Assembly: GCA_001768235.1 (NCBI GenBank) | Contig: MENK01000024.1 | Span: forward strand, 84,468-148,467 | Reading direction: 5' to 3' | Source: Bacteroidetes bacterium GWB2_32_14 | Lineage (GTDB): Bacteria; Bacteroidota; Bacteroidia; Bacteroidales; UBA12077 | Length of the DNA: 64,000 nucleotides | Part shown: positions 8,540 to 18,057 of the stretch, one piece after another | Position numbering within the stretch: position 1 is the stretch's first letter | Layout: each line of letters starts with the position of its first letter | Translations under genes and position numbers: made by a program | The notes under the pieces: generated by a model | The model's input: only the letters and a program-made list of their open reading frames with translations | Databases searched by the model: none | What the model was told of the DNA's origin: nothing

Positions 8540-11500
8540 ATGAGCAATCAACATAATATAATACTTAACGGTAAGAATGTTAAAGGAAATCCAGGGGAAA
8601 CAATATTAGAGCTTGCGAAACGTAATGGTATTGAAATTCCTACTTTATGCAACGATCCCCGTTTAAAACCATTTTCATCATGTTTTGTATGTGTTGTTCA
8701 GATTGAAGGAATGAAAAATATGCAACCATCCTGTTCAACAGTTATCCAGGAAGGCATGAAGATTGAAACAGAAAATGACAGGGTAAAGAAAGCGCGAAAA
8801 ACAGCTTTGGATTTATTATTAAGCAATCATTATGCTGATTGTGAAGCTCCCTGTAAGCAAACTTGTCCTGCCGGTGTTGATGTTCAGGGATACATTTCAT
8901 TAATTGAAAAAGGTTTATACAGCGAAGCTATAGGGCTTATAAAACAAACCAACCCATTACCTGCAATTTGTGGGCGTGTATGTGTCCGGCCTTGTGAAGT
9001 AGCCTGTCGAAGGAATTATTTAAACGAAGGTGCTGCCGTTGGTATCGATTATATGAAACGTTTTGCTGCTGATCAGGATTTAATGTCAGGTAAAAAATAT
9101 AAGCCTGAAATAGCTAAAACAACAGGGAAAAAAGTAGCCATAATTGGTGCAGGCCCGGGAGGATTATCAACGGCATACTTTTTACAACAAAAAGGCCATC
9201 AGTGCGATATTTACGAAGCAAATGCAAACCCTGGCGGCTGGTTGCGTTATGGTATTCCTGAGTATCGATTGCCAAACAGAATTCTTGATAAAGAAGTTGA
9301 ATCAGTTACCGAACTGGGCGTTAACATATTTTATAACAAGAAATTAGGCGATAACCTAAGCTACAAAGATTTAAAAGATAAATACGACTCAGTTATCCTG
9401 ACTATAGGATCTCAACGGGGAACATTAATTGGCTGCGAAGGCGATGATGCTGAAAATATTTTTTCAGGAATCGATTTTCTTCGAAACATGGAAGTTACTG
9501 GACAGAAATACGACTTTAAGGGAAAAACAATTGCTGTTGTTGGTGGTGGAAATACTGCCATGGATTGTTGCCGTACATCAATTCGTTGCGGAGCCGAAAA
9601 AGTATATGTTATATACCGTCGTACTGAAAAAGAAATGCCTGCAAATCCTATTGAAATTCATGAATCGAAAATCGAAGGTGTTGAATACCTGTTTTTAACC
9701 AACCCTACAAAAGTAAATAAAGACAAGGATGGCAAACTACGTTCGATGACTTGCCAGAAGATGGAACTGGGAGAGCCCGATTCTTCCGGTCGTAGAAGGC
9801 CTGTTCCTGTTGAAGGTTCTGAATTTGAAATAGAGCTTGATTACGCTTTAGCTGCTATTGGCCAAAAAACTGAAGTAAATTTTCTTGATGACGTGAACAA
9901 ACACGCTACTGATGGCAAACTGGAAGCAAATAAATGGGGTGATATAAGTGTTGATAAAAATACATTGCAAACCGGAATAAAATCAATGTTTGCAGCAGGC
10001 GATGGTGTTACAGGCCCTGCAACAATTATTGAAGCAGTAGCCCAGGCTAAAATAGCCAGCCGTAGCTGCCACCAGTTTTTAACGGGATTGGAATTGAAAC
10101 CCGAACCAAAAGAATTTGTAAGCCGTCGCGATAATTTTAAAGAACTCTCATCTTCCGATTTTATTGGCAGGTATCAGAAGCAAATACGTGAAGAAATGCC
10201 CGTGTTGGAAGCCGGTAAAAGGTTAAATTTTAATGAGGTAGAATTGGGTTATACAAACGAGAAAATTGCTAAACATGAATCAGAAAGATGCCTTGAATGT
10301 GGCTGTACAGAATATTTTACCTGCGACCTGAAAAAATACTCAACACGATATGAAGCTGACCAAAAACATTACGAGGGTGAATTTCATGCTCGTGATATCG
10401 ATTTCTCGCATCCATTTATCGAGATTGATAACAATAAATGTATTTTATGTGCACGATGTGTAAGAATTTGTAAGGAAGTTGTAGGGGCTAATGCTTTAGG
10501 ATTGGTAAACAGGGGATTTAACACGTTTGTTGCCCCAAGCATGGGCAAATCCCTGACTGAAACCAATTGTGAGTCCTGTGGATTATGTATTTCAACATGC
10601 CCTACAGGCGCTATAACAGAAAATGTTTCATTTAAACCAGGTCCTGTTAAACTCGATAAAGTAAACACGATATGTAAATTCTGTTCTGTAGGTTGCGAGG
10701 TAGAATATCATTATAAAGGAAATTTTATTTGGCGCGTAACAGGCAAAGAAGGACAGATAAATAAAGATGGTAATATATGCAGGTTTCCAAAGTTTGGTCA
10801 CCAAATAATGAATGATAGTAAGCGAATTACTCAGCCAATGCTTAAAGTGGATAACAACTTTGAAGTTATCAGCTGGCAAAAGGCATTCGATATTATTGCC
10901 GACGAAATTAAAGGAGCCGACCCTGACGAAAATGGATTTTTTGCAGGAGCACGGTTAAGTAATGAAGAAATGTACCTGGTTCAAAAGATAGCCCGGGCTG
11001 GTGCCGGAACAAACAATGTTTCAAGTTTTCATTATGTTGGACAGGGAAAAGGGTACAGCTCAAATTCACTTGCAAATGTTCCTTTTGAACAAATAAAACA
11101 AGCAGGTAAGATATACTTATTTGGAGCAGAAGTAAATAAAGACAACGCCGTTGTTGGATTTATGATCAATAATGCCAGGGAAATAAATAAAATCCCTGTA
11201 GAATCAGTTACTGTTCATGAAAAAAGCTCAATGTCGCATAAAGTGGATAAAGAGTTGGTTATTAAATCACATTACCATTTCATAAAGGCTGTGAATTATT
11301 ATCTTGTAAAAAAAGGATTACATAATGCTTTGTTTATTAAAGATCGATGTACAGGTTTCGACGATTATAAGAAAACCCTTCTAAAAGAAAACTATGAACA
11401 ATTAGTTAAAGATTCAGGTGTTTGTTGTAAAGAATGTCTCGAAGAGTTTGCAGAAAAGTACAATAACGAACAAAATGCAATACTCGTGTTTTCTGAAAAA

Positions 11501-12283
11501 GAAGTTTCATCGAATACAAGTTTCGAGTTATATAATCTTGCAATGATTACCGGGAAATTAGGTAAAACAGCAAGCGGGTTAATATCATTAAAAGAAAAAA
11601 ATAATTCACAGGGATTATTCGATATGGGAATATCATCTAAAAACGGAGTTGGAAATACGGATTTATCGGATAAAAAGTTTGTTAAAAAACTTGAAAAACT
11701 ATGGAAAATTAAAGAGTTTCCAAAAACAAGAGAATCCTGTATGAAAGAATACCTTAACGAAGGGAAAATCAAAAACTTCTTTATTTTCGGCGAAGACCCA
11801 GTGGGATGCGCTATTGACAAACCAAAAGTTCAGAAATGGTTTGTTGATGCCGAGTTTATACTTGTCCAGGATTATTTTATGACAGAAACTGCTAAAAGTG
11901 CAAACTTGGTATTACCTGCAGTTTTCCCGCTTGAAACAACAGGCAGTTTTACAAATACTCAAAAAAATATACAGGTATTTGAGAAACAACTAAACAGTAC
12001 GGTTGATAAGGAGAATATTGATCAGTTAATGAATATTATTAATCTGGTTTCTCAACAAAAATCTAATTCTATAGATGAAATAAGAAAGGAGATTTTTGAA
12101 TTATTGCCAAACTCGGCAAATAAAGAAAAGTACATTTTTAATTACACAAAAGCAGAAAACATAAATAAACTATTTAAATACGGTTGCGATTACACACATA
12201 AATATTTCGAAGAATTTTTTGAAAAATCATTTGCATCCAAAAATGAAAACTCAAAAGAGCTTTCAGGTAAAAAAGTGATTTAA
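8540..12283 (+). CDS. Multi-domain Fe-S flavoprotein (StnC/NfnABC large-subunit-like): 2Fe-2S ferredoxin, GltD/NfnB-like NAD(P)H FAD module, 4Fe-4S clusters, and a degenerate molybdopterin-oxidoreductase-like domain
   Basis: N-terminal NuoG-type 2Fe-2S region (SSCFVCVV...PSCST). GltD signatures are CPAGVDVQGYI, NPLPAICGRVCVRPCEVAC, VAIIGAGPGGL, VVGGGNTAMDC and AAGDGVTGP. Cluster motifs are CILCARCVRIC and CESCGLCISTCP, plus the MopB-type CKFCSVGCEV. The expected Cys/Sec-His active site is replaced by SSFHY. Confidence 0.85.
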   Translation: MSNQHNIILNGKNVKGNPGETILELAKRNGIEIPTLCNDPRLKPFSSCFVCVVQIEGMKNMQPSCSTVIQEGMKIETENDRVKKARKTALDLLLSNHYADCEAPCKQTCPAGVDVQGYISLIEKGLYSEAIGLIKQTNPLPAICGRVCVRPCEVACRRNYLNEGAAVGIDYMKRFAADQDLMSGKKYKPEIAKTTGKKVAIIGAGPGGLSTAYFLQQKGHQCDIYEANANPGGWLRYGIPEYRLPNRILDKEVESVTELGVNIFYNKKLGDNLSYKDLKDKYDSVILTIGSQRGTLIGCEGDDAENIFSGIDFLRNMEVTGQKYDFKGKTIAVVGGGNTAMDCCRTSIRCGAEKVYVIYRRTEKEMPANPIEIHESKIEGVEYLFLTNPTKVNKDKDGKLRSMTCQKMELGEPDSSGRRRPVPVEGSEFEIELDYALAAIGQKTEVNFLDDVNKHATDGKLEANKWGDISVDKNTLQTGIKSMFAAGDGVTGPATIIEAVAQAKIASRSCHQFLTGLELKPEPKEFVSRRDNFKELSSSDFIGRYQKQIREEMPVLEAGKRLNFNEVELGYTNEKIAKHESERCLECGCTEYFTCDLKKYSTRYEADQKHYEGEFHARDIDFSHPFIEIDNNKCILCARCVRICKEVVGANALGLVNRGFNTFVAPSMGKSLTETNCESCGLCISTCPTGAITENVSFKPGPVKLDKVNTICKFCSVGCEVEYHYKGNFIWRVTGKEGQINKDGNICRFPKFGHQIMNDSKRITQPMLKVDNNFEVISWQKAFDIIADEIKGADPDENGFFAGARLSNEEMYLVQKIARAGAGTNNVSSFHYVGQGKGYSSNSLANVPFEQIKQAGKIYLFGAEVNKDNAVVGFMINNAREINKIPVESVTVHEKSSMSHKVDKELVIKSHYHFIKAVNYYLVKKGLHNALFIKDRCTGFDDYKKTLLKENYEQLVKDSGVCCKECLEEFAEKYNNEQNAILVFSEKEVSSNTSFELYNLAMITGKLGKTASGLISLKEKNNSQGLFDMGISSKNGVGNTDLSDKKFVKKLEKLWKIKEFPKTRESCMKEYLNEGKIKNFFIFGEDPVGCAIDKPKVQKWFVDAEFILVQDYFMTETAKSANLVLPAVFPLETTGSFTNTQKNIQVFEKQLNSTVDKENIDQLMNIINLVSQQKSNSIDEIRKEIFELLPNSANKEKYIFNYTKAENINKLFKYGCDYTHKYFEEFFEKSFASKNENSKELSGKKVI

Positions 12284-12301
12284 AAAGTTAAAAAAAGAAC
12301 T

Positions 12302-12757
12302 ATGAAAAATTTTAATTCGATAAATGAAATACTTGATTTTGCAATAAATGCAGAGCAAGAAGCTGTTGATTTTTACAATCAGCTGGCAGTAAATTCAAAA
12401 ACTTCCGATATGCAACAGGTATTTACACAGTTTGCACAGGAAGAAATAGGCCATAAAGCACGATTGATAAAGATAAAAAATGAAGGCAGCTACCAGTTAA
12501 AACAAGAACAAGTTGCTGATTTAAAAATTGCAGATTACCTGGTAAGTATTATGCCAACACCTGGTATAAGTTACCAGGATGCACTTGTACTCGCGATGAA
12601 AAAAGAAAAAGCAGCTTTTAAATTGTATTTTGAACTTTCGAAACGTGCCCAGGATACTGAAATGAAAAATGTTTTTCTTTCCCTGGCCCAGGAAGAATCA
12701 AAACACAAACTCAGGTTCGAAATCGAATACGACGAGTTTGTTTTACGCGAGAATTAA
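12302..12757 (+). CDS. Ferritin-like di-iron protein (rubrerythrin-family domain without a rubredoxin domain)
   Basis: Two E...ExxH pairs (EQEAVDFY...EEIGH and a second set ...EESKH). Lies 19 nt after the redox operon and is followed by a terminator. Confidence 0.7.
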   Translation: MKNFNSINEILDFAINAEQEAVDFYNQLAVNSKTSDMQQVFTQFAQEEIGHKARLIKIKNEGSYQLKQEQVADLKIADYLVSIMPTPGISYQDALVLAMKKEKAAFKLYFELSKRAQDTEMKNVFLSLAQEESKHKLRFEIEYDEFVLREN

Positions 12758-12773
12758 ATTTTAACTCCCATTT

Positions 12774-12808
12774 ATAAGCATGGCTTTTTAGGTCATGCTT
12801 ATTTTTTT
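12774..12808 (+). terminator. Rho-independent terminator closing the 6155-12757 transcription unit
   Basis: taagcatg / catgctta stem with an 11-nt loop, followed by ttttttt. Confidence 0.7.
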
Positions 12809-12908
12809 ATTTGTTCAGATGGATTAATTTTGTGCATGTATTTTCTATATTGCAATATTTATTGTTATTTGTTGTTTTATATTTTGATCTTATTTTATTC
12901 TTGTAAAC

Positions 12909-14876
12909 GTGAGAATTTTTTATCTTTTTATTATAACGCTTTTTATATTTTCAAAAAGCATATCGGCTCAAACAGATACATTGGTTAATCAAAAATCGAC
13001 CGACAGGGTAATTATTGGTGGCCAAATGTACTATGTTCATATTGTTAAACAAGGCGAAACACTTTACTCGCTAAGCAAGCTTTATGGTATTTCCCAGAAA
13101 GAAATTGCCAAAGAAAACCCTGATATATTTCTCGGCTTAATGGTAGGGCAGGCTTTAAAAATTCCACAAAACAGTAAAGAGAGTACATTAGAAAATAATG
13201 AGAAATCAGCTGATTTTATCTATCATCGTGTTAAAAAGGGCCAGACTTTATATTCTCTTTCAAAGAAATATGATGTTTCACAAGAATCAATAATTCAGTT
13301 TAACCCGGAAACCCGGTTTGGTTTAAGTACTGGCCAGATAATTAAAATTCCCCGAAAATCATATCAACTTCAGGCCGATACTTCAATTCCAAAATCAGAG
13401 TCAGAAATTGACACGATAAAAATTCCCGATCAATATATTTATCACCTGGTAAAAAGTAAAGAAACAATTTATTCTTTAACCAAAAGCTATAATATTACGC
13501 AGGAAGTGTTGTTTGAGCAAAATCCATTTCTTAATGAAGGCTTAAAAACGGGACAATTGTTAAGAATACCTAAAGTGCCGGATACCGAAGAAAGTTATGT
13601 TTTTGAAAAAAACACTACAAAACTTTCGGATACACTACTTTTCGAAAAACATTCACTGGTTCCATATTCTGAAATTACACAATGCGATACATTAAAGAAA
13701 ATAAAACGGGAAACATACTCTGTTGCATTACTGTTGCCATTGTATTTGGATCAAAGCGATGAAGAGTTTTATATTGATTCGACAAAAACAAATGAATATG
13801 GTAAAAAGATATACGATAAAATATATAGAAACCCCAATTATATTTATCCCCGTTCTTTAAACTACCTTGCATTTTACGAAGGTGTTTTAATGGCTTTAGA
13901 TACCCTTAAAAGTCAGGGCTTCTCAGTCAATTTACATGTTTTCGATACTCAGGGCGATACCCTGAAATTAAACGAAATACTTCACTCGGAAATATTCACA
14001 GATGTTAATTTAATTATAGGACCTGTATATAATAATGAACTGGAAATCGTTTCAAGGTTTGCATTAAAAAACAACATAAAAATGGTTTCTCCTTTATCCG
14101 ATAATCTTGTATTAGTCAATTCAAACCCATACTTATTCCAGGTTGGGCCATCATTTTTAACACAACTCGATGCTCTGGCAAAATACTCATCAGGGTTTAG
14201 CAATAAGAATATAGTGCTTATTCATAATTCCGACAGTTTGCAATACGGGAATATCTTGTTTTTTAAAGATAAGCTGTTTAATTATTCGTCTGTTGATACA
14301 TCTATTGGAAGTCTTCAGTTTAAAGAAGTATCATATATCGATAGTATTCAATTAATTGAACATGCATTAAATATAAATAACGAAAATGTAATTATTGTTC
14401 CTTCAAACGATCAGGCTTTTGTAACATCTGTTGTTTCCAATTTAAATACATTAACGAGTAAAGGGTATCAAATTAAAACTTTTGGGATGTCGCGTTGGTA
14501 CAAGTTTGATAATATTGACCAGGAATATTTATATAATATTAAAACCTGCCTGGTTGTACCATTTTATATTGATTATAATAACAAATATGTAAAGAAATTT
14601 ATAAGCAAATACAGAAAAATATTTAAAACAGACCCCGACCAATATACCATGCACGGGTATGATGTGAGCATGTATTTTTTAACTGCCCTGATGAACTATG
14701 GAGAAGATTTCCAAAATTGTATTTCCTACCATAAAATGGATCAACTTCAGGCTGAATTCAATTTTGTAAAATGGTACAAAACGTCAGGTTACGAAAATAA
14801 CGGCATGTCATTAATCCGGTACGATGAAGGTTATAATATTAACAAACTTGATAAAACAGGATGTACCTTTAAATAG
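12909..14876 (+). CDS. LysM-repeat protein with a C-terminal type-I periplasmic-binding-protein-like domain
   Basis: GTG start and signal peptide. Four LysM repeats (YHxVKxGETLYSLSKxY...I...N) are followed by a roughly 400-aa PBP1/Leu-Ile-Val-binding-like region. Confidence 0.8.
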   Translation: MRIFYLFIITLFIFSKSISAQTDTLVNQKSTDRVIIGGQMYYVHIVKQGETLYSLSKLYGISQKEIAKENPDIFLGLMVGQALKIPQNSKESTLENNEKSADFIYHRVKKGQTLYSLSKKYDVSQESIIQFNPETRFGLSTGQIIKIPRKSYQLQADTSIPKSESEIDTIKIPDQYIYHLVKSKETIYSLTKSYNITQEVLFEQNPFLNEGLKTGQLLRIPKVPDTEESYVFEKNTTKLSDTLLFEKHSLVPYSEITQCDTLKKIKRETYSVALLLPLYLDQSDEEFYIDSTKTNEYGKKIYDKIYRNPNYIYPRSLNYLAFYEGVLMALDTLKSQGFSVNLHVFDTQGDTLKLNEILHSEIFTDVNLIIGPVYNNELEIVSRFALKNNIKMVSPLSDNLVLVNSNPYLFQVGPSFLTQLDALAKYSSGFSNKNIVLIHNSDSLQYGNILFFKDKLFNYSSVDTSIGSLQFKEVSYIDSIQLIEHALNINNENVIIVPSNDQAFVTSVVSNLNTLTSKGYQIKTFGMSRWYKFDNIDQEYLYNIKTCLVVPFYIDYNNKYVKKFISKYRKIFKTDPDQYTMHGYDVSMYFLTALMNYGEDFQNCISYHKMDQLQAEFNFVKWYKTSGYENNGMSLIRYDEGYNINKLDKTGCTFK

Positions 14877-15054
14877 GGTGTGTTGCCTGGTAATAAGAGT
14901 TTTACAATCTTCGTTTTATTTGTCGTTTATCAAATCGCCAAATATTTTTATTTAAAGAAGTTGCATATTAAAAATTTTAACAATATCTTACTTCTTAATT
15001 TAAGTTTCTTGTAAAGAAAAATTTTATAATAAATTAATTTTTAAAACCTTATAT

Positions 15055-15327
15055 ATGGCAAGTTGCAAAAATCTTAAAAAGGATATTAATTTCCTGGCTC
15101 AGCAAATTATGACAGAGGGATTTTCGTATCTCGAATATTCTCCTGTAAATAACCAGGAAAATGTTCTTGAAATTTTGCACGAAGCTGAGCAAATCAGGCA
15201 GCAACTTATTTATAGAGTAAATCATTTGCCGAAAGGAACTAAACAAGAAATTAAGCAATATTACAAAGATATTGTCGATGATTTATATAAACTTAACATT
15301 GAATTGCTCGATAGGCTAAACAACTAA
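15055..15327 (+). CDS. Small helical hypothetical protein (90 aa)
   Basis: ATG-initiated ORF in an otherwise empty interval, followed immediately by a strong terminator. No family recognised. Confidence 0.45.
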   Translation: MASCKNLKKDINFLAQQIMTEGFSYLEYSPVNNQENVLEILHEAEQIRQQLIYRVNHLPKGTKQEIKQYYKDIVDDLYKLNIELLDRLNN

Positions 15328-15334
15328 ACGATTT

Positions 15335-15358
15335 AAACCGGGAACCCCGGTTTTTTTT
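15335..15358 (+). terminator. Terminator hairpin shared by the convergent genes 15055..15327 (+) and 15357..17933 (-)
   Basis: aaaccggg-aa-ccccggttt followed by a T run. It overlaps the stop codon of the minus-strand peptidase gene, and the A run on the other side allows bidirectional use. Confidence 0.7.
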
Positions 15359-17933
15359 ATTCGTTTTTTATTTGGCATGCCCTGTACAATAAATCAGATG
15401 ATTGTACTATTTTATTCTTTAGATTTTCAGGTAAACCGGGATTTTCGTTTAAAAATATCTGAACTTCGGTGACTGCATCAATACCCGAATGGCCACTCAA
15501 CGTGGCATCGAGCCATTGCTTAGGGAAAAAAATATCGCCTGTTTGTTGAATTTCCTGCAACAATTTTAAAGATGGAGTGATATATCTTACACTTTCGTTA
15601 CTACGCAATGGATGGTGTAAATAGGTTAATGCGGAAATAACCCAGGGTTCTTTTTCCCTGTTTCTTTCATCTTTTAACGATTCAAAGAACGAATCTCTGA
15701 CATAGCTGTCATGTGATAATGATGGAATTATAAACTTCATCCTTTTTTTTCGTTCATTATCTTGAATTTTACTTAGTTGCACGGCGAGAATGCTATCTCC
15801 TTTTTCTTTACTTCGCAATGCAAGTTCAAATGATAAATCTGTAAAGTCATTCTCACTTAATTCCAGTTCCCCGGTTTTTATTTCCCCATTCCATATCCTG
15901 TATAAATTACCAAAACTTTGATTTGATGTACTTATCGAGATATATGATTTTAAAAACATCAGTTTGAGTGCAGCTGGTTTTGAGTTTTTGATTTTGTCCC
16001 AATATATCTCCTCGATTTGATTTGCAATTCTTTCGCGTGTTAATCGTGTTAAGAATCTCCAATACAGCGATGTAATGTAGTTTTGTAATAAGCTGATATT
16101 TTGCTGATCCGATTCGTAAGTAACAGCATTTGTATAAAACGAAATTAGTTCGTTGGGTAACATATTCCTGTTTAACATATTTTCCCAAAGCATAATATAT
16201 ATTGAGCTTCTGTAAACCGGGTTCTGAATTAAAGATAAATTCTTAACCAGGTAGTTCTTTGTATCATTGTCAAGTTCGAAATACCCGTATGCATTGCCAT
16301 TAAGATTGGGCAAAATGAGCTCTGAATTTGACAATTTATCGGTTATCGGAATTACAGAAAAAGTGTCTGAAACCTGGATAGGGTATTTTTGAAATATCTT
16401 GTTTTTGAAAAAGCCAACATCAATATTTTGTGGCCAAAGTTTATAGTTATCATAAAGATCGGTTTGTTCAATAATAAATGTAGCAAATTCATTTCTCTCG
16501 TTAAAGGCTTTATAAAAACGTAGCTTTGGCATACCCGGGGTATTTACCCACTGCTTGCTCCAGTTTTCGAGTTCAAAATCTGTTTTTGTTTTAAGTATTG
16601 AAATTAAATCGTTCCAATTGGCATTACCATACATGTTTTTTAAAAGATATTCCTGCAAACCTGCTTGTAATATACTATCGCCTGTAATTGTTTCCAGGTG
16701 TTGCATAACAATCGGGGCTTTATGATAAATTATTGATCCATATAAGGTTCCCGCATCTTTCATGTTTTCCAGTTCCTGGTCTATCGGGTTTGCACCTGAA
16801 GTTCTGTCAACAGAATATGATTCAGGGAAATGATTTATTATAAAGTTAAGCTGATGATTAATTTCAGGAAACTGGGGATTTACAATTTTATCGGCAATAA
16901 AATTTGCAAAAACTTCTTTGAGCCAAACTTGCCCGAACCATTGCATGGTAACCAGATCGCCAAACCACATGTGAGCTGTTTCGTGAGCAATTAGGTTTGC
17001 ACGGGTTAATTCATCGCGTACAGATGCTGACGGGTCTAAAAATAATTTTGAATCTCTGTACAGAATTGCCCCCGGGTGTTCCATTCCTGAATATTGAAAC
17101 GAAGGGATTACAATAAAATCGAATTTCTGAAAGGGATATGAAATATTTGTATATTTTTCGAGCCATTCAAGCGAAGTGAATTGTAACTCGAATATTTTAT
17201 CGGTATTTTGAATTACTTTTAACGAATCACTCTCCCTGTGATACATGGTAATTGCACGGTCTTTTTTTGTTTTTGTTATCGATTTAAATTTACCTGCTGT
17301 AAATGCAAATAAATAGGTGCTGATAGGTTCTGTTTCTTTAAACGTATAAACGGAATAACTCTTGGTACTTTCTTTTTCAAGTATTCCCGAATTTGCAATT
17401 GCTATCCATTTTTCAGGTATTTTCAAACTAAGAGTGAACCGTGCTTTTAACGAAGGTTGATCAAAACAGGGAAATGCTGTAGATGCACGGTCAGGTACAA
17501 AAAGAGTATATAAGTATTCACTATTGCGGTTTAGGGCCCTGTCGGTTGCTATAAAATCAATTTCAATGCGGTTTTTGCCCTTGTTAACCTTTCTGTTTGG
17601 TAGAACAATATGCTGGTTTATATAATTATAATTTACATTCCCCTGGTTAAATTTAACCTGCAATAATTTATCTGTACTATTCTGAAAATCAATAACAAGT
17701 GGTTCTTTCCCCGATCCTGTAAAATTAAATTCAATAGTTACTTTCCCTTTAATTTCAGCATTTAAAGAGTCGGGGATATCGAAAAATATAAAATAGTTAA
17801 TTTCAGAGATTTGCTTCTCGCGCAACCCGGCTAAATCTTTCGATACTCCTTGTTCGGTAATATTGCTTTGATCGGGCGAGCATGAATACAGAATAATACT
17901 ACTTATAATGATGCAAAATAGTGAGCGTATCAT
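15357..17933 (-). CDS. M1 family zinc aminopeptidase (aminopeptidase N-like), secreted or lipoprotein
   Basis: HETAHMWFGD plus a downstream WLKE (the HExxH-18-E zinc site), the exopeptidase motif SGMEHPG (GxMEN-like), and an N-terminal signal with a Cys (ILYSCS). Confidence 0.9.
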   Translation of the reverse strand: MIRSLFCIIISSIILYSCSPDQSNITEQGVSKDLAGLREKQISEINYFIFFDIPDSLNAEIKGKVTIEFNFTGSGKEPLVIDFQNSTDKLLQVKFNQGNVNYNYINQHIVLPNRKVNKGKNRIEIDFIATDRALNRNSEYLYTLFVPDRASTAFPCFDQPSLKARFTLSLKIPEKWIAIANSGILEKESTKSYSVYTFKETEPISTYLFAFTAGKFKSITKTKKDRAITMYHRESDSLKVIQNTDKIFELQFTSLEWLEKYTNISYPFQKFDFIVIPSFQYSGMEHPGAILYRDSKLFLDPSASVRDELTRANLIAHETAHMWFGDLVTMQWFGQVWLKEVFANFIADKIVNPQFPEINHQLNFIINHFPESYSVDRTSGANPIDQELENMKDAGTLYGSIIYHKAPIVMQHLETITGDSILQAGLQEYLLKNMYGNANWNDLISILKTKTDFELENWSKQWVNTPGMPKLRFYKAFNERNEFATFIIEQTDLYDNYKLWPQNIDVGFFKNKIFQKYPIQVSDTFSVIPITDKLSNSELILPNLNGNAYGYFELDNDTKNYLVKNLSLIQNPVYRSSIYIMLWENMLNRNMLPNELISFYTNAVTYESDQQNISLLQNYITSLYWRFLTRLTRERIANQIEEIYWDKIKNSKPAALKLMFLKSYISISTSNQSFGNLYRIWNGEIKTGELELSENDFTDLSFELALRSKEKGDSILAVQLSKIQDNERKKRMKFIIPSLSHDSYVRDSFFESLKDERNREKEPWVISALTYLHHPLRSNESVRYITPSLKLLQEIQQTGDIFFPKQWLDATLSGHSGIDAVTEVQIFLNENPGLPENLKNKIVQSSDLLYRACQIKNE

Positions 17934-18057
17934 GATTTTATAATTTTGATAAATCAGTAAAATTTAAAGGTTTAAAAACCCGAAATTAGCAATAAATTGA
18001 TAAAATACACTTACATAGTATAAAATATGAAAAAATAAGGGTAGAGAAAAAATAGTA

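Noticed and set aside
8540-12283. Calling the 1247-aa protein an NAD(P)-dependent formate dehydrogenase alpha subunit
   Set aside because: The position of the catalytic Cys/Sec-His reads SSFHY, there is no in-frame TGA, and the MopB-like domain is short and degenerate. No fdhD or moa/mob genes lie nearby.
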